NCBI GenBank assembly: GCA_047967505.1
Contig: CM106538.1
Length of the DNA: 64,000 nucleotides
Strand: one strand, 5' to 3'
Origin: Dipteris shenzhenensis
Taxonomy: Eukaryota
Shown here: positions 12,495 to 24,400 of the stretch, piece after piece
Numbering within the stretch: position 1 is the stretch's first letter
How the letters are laid out: each line of letters opens with the position of its first letter
Notes under the pieces: generated by a model
The model's input: only the letters and a program-made list of their open reading frames with translations
Told to the model about the DNA's origin: nothing
Databases searched by the model: none
Translations under genes and position numbers: made by a program

Positions 12495-13165
12495 CACACA
12501 ATTTCCCTTTCTTTGGCAGAATATGTACCCTTATATTATGGTCCCCACACCCCCGCCCTCACTCCCCACTTATGATTAACATAAAATAAACCCACCCACT
12601 TGAATGCTTCTTATTAATGCAACTAACCTTTAAAATGTTCTTAGACTTTTTATAATTATGTGAATTTAATTAACCCTACCCCTCCCCCTTCATTTAGAAT
12701 ATATAATTTCTTTCAAATGAATTATTAAATCCCCCCCCCCCCTTTCCTACCTCCTTGTTTTCTTGGTTGTTTTATGAATGATTACAAATTCTACCCCCCC
12801 ACACACTCATACTCAAAACTTAAGCCCTTAAGTATATGGCCCCCCTTCTATATAGTTTCAACCCCTTTTAATTTGTTTAATTTTAAAATTTACTTTGAAA
12901 CCCCCATTTTTTTAAATTTTACTTTGTAACCCACCCATCCCGCAAGAGAGGGGGGGCGGGAGGGGGAGGCCAGCGGGAGAGGGGGGGAGGCGAGAGGCGA
13001 GAGGGGGGGCATCCTGGTGACTGCAGCCGCCAAGGTGAGGTGAGAGGTGGGGTCCTGGCGAATTTTCTTTGCATTTGTACGCCCACACCATGGCAGTTTC
13101 ACAACGCTAGCCTACCTTTCTTGAATGTTCACTAGCGTTGTGTTTCCATTGTGTCTTCTTTTGCT

Positions 13166-13198
<33 letters not shown>

Positions 13199-13394
13199 AC
13201 ACATGCGTGCGCGTGCACACACACGTATCCTTCCCCAACTATGAATTATACTTTTATGTACCCCCCCCTGAAATCTCTCCCTTACACCATCTTTTTAATC
13301 AACCCACGCACCAAGCACACCAATCCTCCCAGACCTTCACCAATCCCTTCTCAACCCATGCACTCATTCGCTCCTTAGCCCACTTGTGACTTAA

Positions 13395-13434
<40 letters not shown>

Positions 13435-14054
13435 CTAAGAATCCATATGGTTGTCTATATTCCTAGGTAAAGCAATAACAGGTTGGGGAAGATAGGCATT
13501 ACCTGTCTACCCAATTGTAACTATGATGTTCTAACATCTAGTTTGTTTGGATGGTGGCACAGGTAAGCGGACCTTGACCTCAGAGCCTAGACTACTTGAT
13601 GGATTCGGCACTTTTGTAGTCATTCTTTTCTTAAATCTGCAAACTCAATATAAAGAAAAATTCTATTGCCAATCATGTTGCTCAGGTCCTTACCAGAAAT
13701 TGTTTGGATTGCGATATTGTTAAAAGTTATATTAATTTTGTTTTCTTAAAAAATTTTCAATCCATTTATCATATGCAACTTTTTATAATTATCCAAATGA
13801 TCCAATTAATTGTATGGCTCATTTATTGATGGGATTATTAAATCTAAACACACACATTGATCTCCCAACTAGCCTTTGTATGCAACTAGTGATGGCATCG
13901 AGCTTTTATATCACTTTTGACACTTAGCATAGAGATCCAATTTTCTGGTGATTACTATTAAGTGGGGAGTATGTTCCACATGGTGGGCTTACTCCCCACC
14001 ATGTGGTCTTACCTCTTGGTTAGGGGTGGGCCACACACACACACACACACACAC

Positions 14055-14113
<59 letters not shown>

Positions 14114-14235
14114 GCTTTCTTATGTTTTTCCTTAATTTCTCATTAATTTTGTATTTTATTTTTCCTAAATTTTCATCGTTCTATATTTTTTCTACTCGTT
14201 CTTAAAATTTCCACCCCCCCTTCTTTTTTAGGTTC

Positions 14236-14269
<34 letters not shown>

Positions 14270-14491
14270 CCTACACCCTTCTCTCTTTTTTGTTCAGACC
14301 ATGGCCCCTGGTCTCTCTCTCTCTCTCTCTCTCTCACTAAGTGCTTACTCTTTTCATTTGTAAGTTTTTAATTATCCCCAATCTTTTTCCTACTCCTTTT
14401 TTTACCCTTTTCCTTGATCATCTCCTCTTGTCCCTAATTTTATTTTAAAAAATAAAATAAATTCTTACTATTTTCTTATTATTTACCTCAG

Positions 14492-14542
<51 letters not shown>

Positions 14543-14820
14543 TACTATCTGTTCCTCCATTTGTTTTGCCACTTGCTCATTAGAGCCCCCCTTGAAAAAC
14601 CCCCTTAGTTTTATTTCATATTTAATCCTTTAACTTTTCCTTTTGTTTGCGCCTTTTATTTCATATTAAACCCCTTTTTTTGGTCTTTTCCAATAAAGAT
14701 TTTTTATAAACCTATTCTAGTTATTCTAGTTCCTAGCTACTAGCACTTACTAACCTCCCCCCCCCCCAACTCCTCGATGACCTCATCATTACAAAGTATC
14801 TCCTGTCCTATTTTTTTGGG

Positions 14821-14864
<44 letters not shown>

Positions 14865-17425
14865 TCTCTGTCTGGTTTTTCTTAAAATTTTCCTTAATTT
14901 CTCTTTAATTTTTCTTTGATTTTTCCTCCTTGTAATTATTTCATAGTTTTTTCTAATTATTTTTCTTTAAATTTTCTCTCTAATTATTTCATAAAATTTT
15001 TAAAATTTCCCTATTCATTTCCTTTTTTTCCCCTAACTTTTCCATAAAAATTTCATTAATTTCTCTAATTATTTTCTTTAAAGTATCTCTCTAATTATTT
15101 CTATTTTTTGGCTAGTTTTCCCCTATTTATTTCCTAAAATTTCCCTTAATTTTTTCTAAAACTTTTCCTAATTAGTCCCCTATTTTTAAACTTTTATTAA
15201 ATCCCTTACTATTTATGCTACATTAAATTAAACTCCCTAAACCTATACACTACTAATTTTTCCTCCTAAACTAACCCCTCCCTCCCCCTCTATAGTCACC
15301 CTCATCATCATGAAAGCCACTTTTTCTCGAGCCTCCTCCCAACTTAATCCCCAGCCGCCTGACTCCTCCTTGACTAACCTTCCCTCCCCCTATATATATA
15401 GCCTAACCTCCTCTAAACTATTACCTTGTCTGGTTGCAAGCTAAACTGCCCTCTGCCCATGGCCTATTTACTCCCCAATGCCTCGAGGTTGAGCTCCTAC
15501 TGCTAGACCTTTCCTCCCCCCATCCAAACTTTCATTTCACTTAGTCCACCCATGCGAAGCTGTCCGGTTTGCTCTCGTGCCTTGTGCGTTGATCTCCACC
15601 GCTCGTACTAGTGACTTCAGGTTTGGCCCCTGAGCCTTCTTTTAATCCCCCATCACCCCGTGCCTCTTAGTGCCTCTAGGATCTTCAGTTCCTTCAAAGA
15701 TGCAGGGCTTCAATGCCTCCAAACACTTGTTTCTGATCGTGTAGTTTCTCTCTCGGGGGTCAGGTTTTCTTGTCTATTGTGCCTTCTTCTCTCTCAGGTA
15801 CACGAGACCCTTGACACGTATCTTATGATTGGTGAACCCGTCTCTTCCTCTGTCTTTTGCATGCTTCCGTCAAAGTCTCTCCGGTTTTTCTTTAGTTTGT
15901 AACAATCCCCCTGAAGCCCCATTTAATTTGCATATAGTACTTTTCTTCACACTCCCTCCCCATTCTTTTAACTCTCTTTCCCTTCCCCCTTTTTTAATTT
16001 CCCACTTCTATGTTCTTTTCCCCTCCTCGCATTATTATTATTTTCATCCTCCCCCTTTATTACTTTTTACCCCCCTCCCCCCTCTTTTTTCCTCATACCT
16101 ATTTATCCTTCTTCCACACCCCCTTTTTTTTTGGCTCTTACTTCTTAATCAATTCCTTTTAAAACATCCCCTACTTTCTCACCAAAAAAACTCCCCCTAA
16201 TTTTTTTCTTTTTTTCCCTTTTAAAATTTCACCCTACTAATTACCCTCATATTAGTTAATTTCTTTTTGTTATCATTCCCACTTATTGTCCTCCCTCATA
16301 GATTTCCCTATTTCCCCCTAATTCTCTCATCTCCCCCTCTAACTTACTGTAGTCCTCACCTATCTATTTCCCCCATAATTTTTACATTCCTTACACCCCT
16401 CATTCCCCGTATTGTCCCTCATTCTCCCCCTTATTCTCCCTCTAATAGATTACTTACATTTTTTCTTTTTTTCTTTAATATTTTTTCATCTTTAGTGTCG
16501 TATGTTAAATTCCCTTTTAGGCTTTTTTTGCACCCTTTCTTTACTTTTTCAAATAGATGTTATTAACCTTCACTCCTTATAAAATACTTTTTCTCCTTAT
16601 TTTTCCTTACAAAATACTTTTTCTACTTAACCCCTCAACTCGATCCTTTTTTAATAAACCCCATCCTTTGCACTTACATTTTGCTGGTTAAATTTATGGC
16701 TAAGCTTCTAATTTATTGTGACCCCGATAACAAGGGAGGAGGGTCTACGACACCTATCTTCCCAGCCAAAGTTAAACTGGTTCTTATCATGTTTTCTTGT
16801 TGGATGGTGGCAGGTATGCAGATTCTCCTCTTCATTATGTAAGATGCTTGTCAAGATTGCACCGGCGTTATAATTGTTGTTTACACTTTGTATGAACAAC
16901 CATGTAATAAACAAGCTTTTATCCACCCTTATCTGAGCTTCGTGTGCCGTGTTGTTAAAAGGCTTTTTATTTTAAACACACACACCTGAACCTTGTTAAC
17001 CCTTGGCCAGGTTAACCATGTGCCACGTTGGTAACCCTTGGCGGGGTTGCCACTTGGCACATGCCACGTGCCACATTGCTCACTAAACCTTTATCAAGTT
17101 GTCCAGGGATGAGGTTGTTGTACAACTCGGCTTGAGGTAAGATTTATACCTTTTAGGTTGTACTCTTTGGTGATATTGTCATAACTATGCAATCGTTGTG
17201 CCTAGTGCATGATTGTTTTAAGATAGTTATGGTAATTTCATTATGTGTCAAATTACATTGAACAAATTGATGATCACAATTGGAATAAACCACATAGAAA
17301 CACTTGTGATATGTTCCCTTTTTCAAATAATTATAAACAGGCTTCCTCTTTTGGGTGTGGGGCAGGACACCACTTGATGGGTGTCCTGCCCCCATCTTGT
17401 GGTGTCCGTTTGGGTAAGGGTGGGT

Positions 17426-17492
<67 letters not shown>

Positions 17493-17613
17493 ATTTTGTA
17501 TGTTTTTCCTTAATTTCTCATTAATTTTGCATTTTATTTTTCCTAAAATTTCATCTTTCTATATTTTTTTAACTCTTTCTTAAAATTTCCACCCCCCCTT
17601 GTTTTTTAAGTTC

Positions 17614-17651
<38 letters not shown>

Positions 17652-17883
17652 CCTTTACCCTTCTCTCTTTTTTGTTCAGACCATGGCCCCCTGGTCTCTC
17701 TCTCTCTCTCCCTCTCTCTCTCTTTCTCACTAAGTGCTTACTCTTTTCATTTGTAAATTTTTAATTATCCCCAATCTTTTTCCTACTACTTTTTTTACCT
17801 TTTTCCTTGATGATCTCCTCTTGTCCCTAATTTTCTTTAAAAAAATAAAAAAATAAAAAATTCTTACTATTTTCTTATTATTT

Positions 17884-17920
<37 letters not shown>

Positions 17921-18198
17921 TCCCTTCCTCCATTTGTTTTGCCACTTGCTCATTAGAGCTCCCCTCAACAGCCACCCTTAGTTTTATTTCATATTTATTC
18001 CTTTAACTTTTCCTTTTGTTTGCTCCTTTTATCTCATATTAAACCCCTTTTTGGGTATTTTCCAATGAAGATTTTCTATAAACCTATTCTAGTTATTCTA
18101 GTTCCTATCTGCTAGCACTTACTAACCTTTCCCCACCCCTCCCCCCCCACTCCTCAATGACATCATTACAAAGTATCTCCTGTCGTATTTTTTTGGGC

Positions 18199-18230
<32 letters not shown>

Positions 18231-18977
18231 CATCTCTCTCTCTGGTTTTTATTGTCCTCTCTCATAGGTTTCCCTATTTCCCCCTAATTCTCTCATCTCC
18301 CCCTCTAACTTACTGTAGCCCTCACCTATCTATTTCCCCCATAATTTTTATACTCCTTACACCCCTCATTCCCCGTATTGTCCCTCATTCTCCCCATTAT
18401 TCTCCCTCTAATAGTTTACTTACATTTTTTCTTTTTTTCTTTAATATTTCTTCATCTTTAGTGTCGTATGTTAAATTCCCTTTTAGGACTTTTTTGCACC
18501 CTTTCTTTACTTTTTCAAATAGGCGTTATTAACCTTCACTCCTTACAAAATACTTTTTCTCCCTATTTTTTCCCTATTTTTCCTTATAAAATACTTTTTC
18601 TACCTAAGCCCTCAACCCGATCCTTTTTTAATAAACCACATCCTTTGCACTTAATATTTTACATTTTGCTAGTTAAGTTTATGGCTAAGCTTCTAATTTA
18701 TTGTGACCCCGATAACAAGGGAGGAGGGTCTATGACACCTGTATTCCCAACTAAAGTTAAACTGGTTCTTATCATGTTTTCTTGTTGGATGGTGGCAGGT
18801 ATGCAAATTCTCCTCTTTAGTAAGTAAGATTCTTGTCAAGAGTGCACCGGCATTATAATTTTTGTTTACACTTTGTATGAACAACCATGTAATAAATAAG
18901 TTTTTATCCACCCTTATCTAAGCTTCGTGTGCCGTGTTGTTAAAAGGTTTTTTACTTTAAACACACACACACACATA

Positions 18978-19013
<36 letters not shown>

Positions 19014-19578
19014 TTCCCTTTCTTTGGTAGAATATGTACCCTTATATTCTTGGTCCCCACACCCCCACCCTCACTCCCCACTTATGATTAACACAAAATA
19101 AACTTGCCCACTTGAATGATTCTTATTAATACAACTAACCTTTAAAATGTTCTTAGACTATTTATAATTATGTCAATTTAGTTAACCCTCCCCCTCCCCC
19201 TTCATTTAGAATATATAATTTCTTTGAAAGGAATTATTACATTTCCCCCCCTTTTCCTACCTCCTTGTTTTCTTGGCTATTTTATGAATTATTACAAATT
19301 ATACCCCCCACACACTCATACTCAAAATTTAAGCCCTTAAGTATATGGCCCCCATTCTATATAAGTTTCAACCCCTTTTAATACTTTTAATTTTAAAATT
19401 TACTTTGAAACCCCCATTTTTTTAAAATTTACTTTGTAATCCACCCATCCCCCTTCTATTTATGTCAAAGGAATTTATCAAATTTTCTTTGCATTTGTAT
19501 GCCCACACCATGGTAGTTTCACAATGCCACCCTACCTTTCTTGAACGTTCACTAGCATTGTCTCTCCGTTGTGTCTTC

Positions 19579-19630
<52 letters not shown>

Positions 19631-20065
19631 TTCCCCAACTATGAATTATACTTTTATGTAACCCCCCGTGAAATCTCTCCTTTACAATATCTTTTTAATC
19701 AACCGATGCACCAAGCACAGTAATCCTCCCATACCTTCATTAATCTCTTCTCAACCAATTCACTCATTCTCTCCTTAGTCCACTTGTGACTTAAACTTTA
19801 TATATATATATAATCTAAGAATCCATATGGTTGTCTATATTCCTAGGTAAAGCCATAACAAGTCAATATAAAGAAAAATTCTATTGCCAATCATGTTGCT
19901 CAGATCCTTACCAAAATATTGTTTGGATTGCAATATTGTTAAAAGTTATCTTAATTTTGTTTTCTTAAAAAACAATCAATCCATTTATCATACGCAACTT
20001 TTTATAATTATCCGAATGATTGAATTAATTGTATGGTTCATTTTTTGACGAGATTATTAAATCTA
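12495..20065. repeat. Microsatellite-rich mosaic repeat with rearranged duplicated blocks
   Basis: Block A 12495-13848 matches 19005-20065; block B 14032-14879 matches 17426-18250; block D 16283-16985 matches 18249-18965. Interspersed with (CA)n, (CT)n, (TA)n and pyrimidine-rich tracts. Confidence 0.9.
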
Positions 20066-21449
20066 AAGACACACACACACACACACTCTTTTTTTGTGAG
20101 TACACACACACACACACACACACACATGTGCGTGCACACTCCTTCCTTTGCCTTGGCAAAAAGGGTGGGGAGAAAAAAGAGAAACCATACTTTAGGCCAA
20201 CAAGGATGATAGATACGATACAACTTCCCAAAAGACAAGTTTGAGGTTAGGTTAGGTTAGATTAACTGACAATTAGTTAGGTTAACTCACCTTAGGTGTA
20301 ACTAACTCACAGTTAGATTAACTAATTTAGGTTAGGTTAGTTGCGGTTAGGGTATCCAAACTAACTAGTTAAGTTAGTGGCTAACTCACAGTTAGATCAA
20401 CTGATTAGGTTAGTTAGACTTTCAGTCCATTCACACCCAATTTTAGACCCAAGACCCCCCCAGAAGGCCTAAAATTGACTCACATTTAAAGGTCCATAAT
20501 GCGCTCATTTGGGACCCAAATTGGACCCGGATTGAACCATTGATTCACACATGGAAACACCACGCTATGGGGAAGTTTTCCAACTAGTTCCACACCATTT
20601 TGGCATCCCTAGAACTCATCAATTCACACCCCCATGTGGGCCACTTTTCATACTAATTCACTCATAAGTTTCCACCCTGACCTCCAGTTGACGATCCGTT
20701 TGTATCGGCACGTTCCCACACTCACATGTGGCAATACTGGGCACATTATTAACATGATGGTCCCTACTACACTAATGCATCTCTAACCCCCCTAACATTT
20801 TTTTCCCTTCTTCGGGGGCCCGTATGCCGTTTGAAGGCTAAATTGCACCAGTATGAAGCCAAACTTCATGCACGCAAAGACTATATCAAACAAAAAATTT
20901 CAAGTCTTTTTATCATAATTTTTAGTCTTGGTTGTCACCACTACATAGGCATTGATTTTGACCGATCGATTGCATATTTTTTGCCATTTTTAGGCTATGA
21001 AAGTCGAAATCAATTGTAGATTTCAAAGTCAAATGCACTCACTTGAAAGATACAATTAAGCATTGTGTATGCACCTTAGATTTGGATGAAGACTAGCACC
21101 TGTATACTTTTGCAAACTTTCTTCTACCCTCGACGCTCTCCAAGAATTCAACCTCTCACTTGATCGACAAGTAACATGGAGGACCTAAGGGTTAAAGAAG
21201 AAATAGATAACGGCGATCTACATCCCGTACATTACTTTGGTCAATGATGCAATTGCAACAACAACAACAATGGCAGAAGACACTTTGACAAATTGGAAAT
21301 GCCAAAGTATAATGGACGAGGGGATCCCATCAGATTCCTTCAACTCTTTAACACAACATGTTGTGCTAAGGGGGAATAAATGAGGCCTCGAAATGGTACC
21401 TTGACCTTCTTGTAGAAGAAAGAGCCACATGGGCATTGCTATCTGAGTA

Positions 21450-24400
21450 GTTCGGAAGAAGGTTCCAAACATAAAGGCTTCAAGATGACCCCGCATTGCA
21501 ACTAGGAAATATAACAATGTGCAAGAAAGAAAAGGTCAGAACATACTTAGGAAGAATGAAGAGATTAATAGCAAAGTGTGTTCCCCATCCGGACGGCAAG
21601 TACCTCATAGCATGGTTTATCTCTAGACTAAAAAAATCCATTTGCAAGGACATGAAAAAAGTTAGTAGCTATGCACATTTCAGCGATGCTCATGAAGATG
21701 CAATTGACATTGAGGACGGAATGACCAATTTTGACAGCTATAGTGATGACTATAAATCAAGTCATCGCGATAAGAAATCTTTGAAGAAGGGAAGTACTTC
21801 CAACAAGGATCGCACCACTGAGGATAGAGTGGGGCCATGGCCCTAAGAGTAAAAGATGAAATGATGCAGGCCATTGGCAAAAGTTGCATGTCTCTCAGCC
21901 ACCACAGTACCCACCATGGAGAGAATATGTTTGGTGCCCACACTGTATGGCCAACCATATAGCCAATGAATGCCCAATCCTGAGGAATAGACTAAATCCA
22001 CCAGAAGTGGCTCAGCCCCCATGGTTATAATGTCCCATTTGCAATGTTGTAGGGCATGATGTAAATTCCTATTTCTATAATATGAGGGTAGCATAACCCC
22101 AACAATACCAACAACTGCCGCCAGTCCCAGTATACAAGCAAACAGCACTAGCACCTAATGCACTAGTGCCACATCTCAACCCCCTCCTAATGAGGACACA
22201 AGTGCCTCAACTATTGAGGAATCCCAATCCTCTGCAATATCCTCGAGCTTCCAATCTTGCCCTAGTAGTTCTGGTGCAACAACTCCAACCTGAAGCGCTA
22301 GAACCTCACTATGAGTATGAAATAGAATACCCTATGTACTATATGGATGGTGCTGAATGACTCATTCCGGTGTATGCTAATCAAGTAAGGCCCTGGTATA
22401 TATCGAACATCCATCAAGTGTTTCGGTTGTGGAGAAAAACATCGCATAGCGGAATGCCCACACAAGGGTAAACCCCATTACATTTCAACCTTTTTGTAGG
22501 GAATGTGGAGTTGGGCATAGTGTGGCGACATAAAGTGTGGTATCACAGCTAGTCTTGATCATAATAAGACAACAGAAAGAAGGGGCATGGCAAAAACTCC
22601 TTTCCACTCAAAAATCAAAGAGCCCTCTAGCAAAACAAGCCACCCCAGTCCCACAACTCAGTGAGACCATGCCCAACACATCTACGAAAAGTACCACCCA
22701 AAAATCCAAGGAAGCATACCCCCACATTGAAACTGAGAAGGCTCGTTATCAAGCCTTGAGGCAATGGGTACAACAGGAGCAACATAAATTTAAGATAGAC
22801 ATGATGGCAGCAACAGAGGTTAGAGCACCTTCATCAGCCATCATTGACACAGTGATTGATCCCAACAACTTCTAAAGGGTAATGGAGCAAGAGGCAAAAC
22901 ATCCCCAATTGGATGGTACTGCACTAGCGAGTTTGATAAGCTACCCTGTCACAATGACAATTGGAGCCTTACTGAAAAATTGTCCTATACTGTGGGAGAG
23001 TTTCAAGGGACAGATAGAATCTTCACAATACTTCCCCCCACCTGAAGATGAAGAAAATGTTATTTCAGTAAAATTCATGCTAGGGATGACATAAAAAATG
23101 TAACCATCTCGCTAGAGCGTAAAGCCTTTGGCCAAATACCTTGCAATAGTGGATGGTGGAGCCAGTGTAAACATTTTAGCAAGAGATCTATATAAAGAAT
23201 GGGGCCCACCTCTGATGCATAATGCCACATTCAACATCCACCTAGCCAACCACACTAAAATGAATCCATTGGGTATTGTTGACAATGTGTCAACAAGAAT
23301 TGATGGAGTTAGGTTCACTCTCTAGTTTACTATCTTGGATTGTCCCAAGGGAGCCATAGCATACCAAATGTTGTTGGGAAGACCATGGATTCTGGAAGCT
23401 TTACTACTCCATGATTGGGGCACTGATAGAATCACAATCCAAAATTGAGAAACCACTATCAAGATAAATTTGGGAACAGGGGAAATCAAACCCACTATTC
23501 CTAGAAATGTTGAAGACACTTTCTCCATTACAGCCACCAGTCATGCATCCCTTGTACCTACAAATGTACTAAAACCCATAGAAGTGGATACGCAAAGTGA
23601 CATCAATAATTGGATACAGGTATTAGCTATAATAGATAATTGTAAAACAACACATCCATTGGATACATGCATTGGATACAATAGATAATTGTAAAACAAC
23701 ACATCCAATGTTGCCAGATGTGGATGCCCAAATGATTCAACTAGAAGCACCGATTTGGGATGACAAATAAGAAGAGGTGGAAATGCCAGTCTTCATGGCA
23801 AGTGTCGAGTGGGACAGTGACCTTGAAAAGGCCATAATAAAAGGTTGTGTAGACTTTGATTGGGACCTAGAAACAAAAGCTGATAATGCCACCTTGGAAG
23901 GCCAAGTATTTGACAATGACTTGGCAATCCTGTAGGCACTCATGGCCATAGAATACCACAAGATAGACCCTCCAGCACTAACCAATAGCAATCGGTCAAG
24001 AAAAAAGGAGAGTGTGCAATGCCAAAAGGCCAAGATAGAGCACTTTAACGAATTCAAAAGAATGCAGACCAGAGTGGTGGAATTGTATTTGACTTAACTC
24101 ATAAGAGCACCTGAGTTCCCAAATTTTGAATGCATGTACGGCCAAAGAACCTCTCCTTGGGAGTGAGACTCCTATAAAAAATCCATCACTAGTCTCACAA
24201 AGCAAAACACTTTGCAAGTTTAAACCCAATGTGAGCATGAAGAGTGAAATTGTGAATACTAGAGCAAAAGAGAAGAGCAAGGGAACACATCCGAATTGTT
24301 CCAAACATCTTTCACAACATCTAGTGGAGCTAGCAGCCAAGCAAGCACCTCAAAGTGCCATGAAGGCCTAAGGGAATTTCCTAATTACTTCAAAAACTAC

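Noticed and set aside
16921-16941. ...TTATCTGAGCTT resembling a miR390 (TAS3) site
   Set aside because: The 5' half does not match, there is no tasiARF or second site, and the duplicate copy has lost the match.
20244-20420. GTTAG/TTAGG pentamer-rich tract resembling telomeric repeats
   Set aside because: Short, degenerate and not the plant TTTAGGG unit; more likely part of the adjacent Gypsy 5' region.
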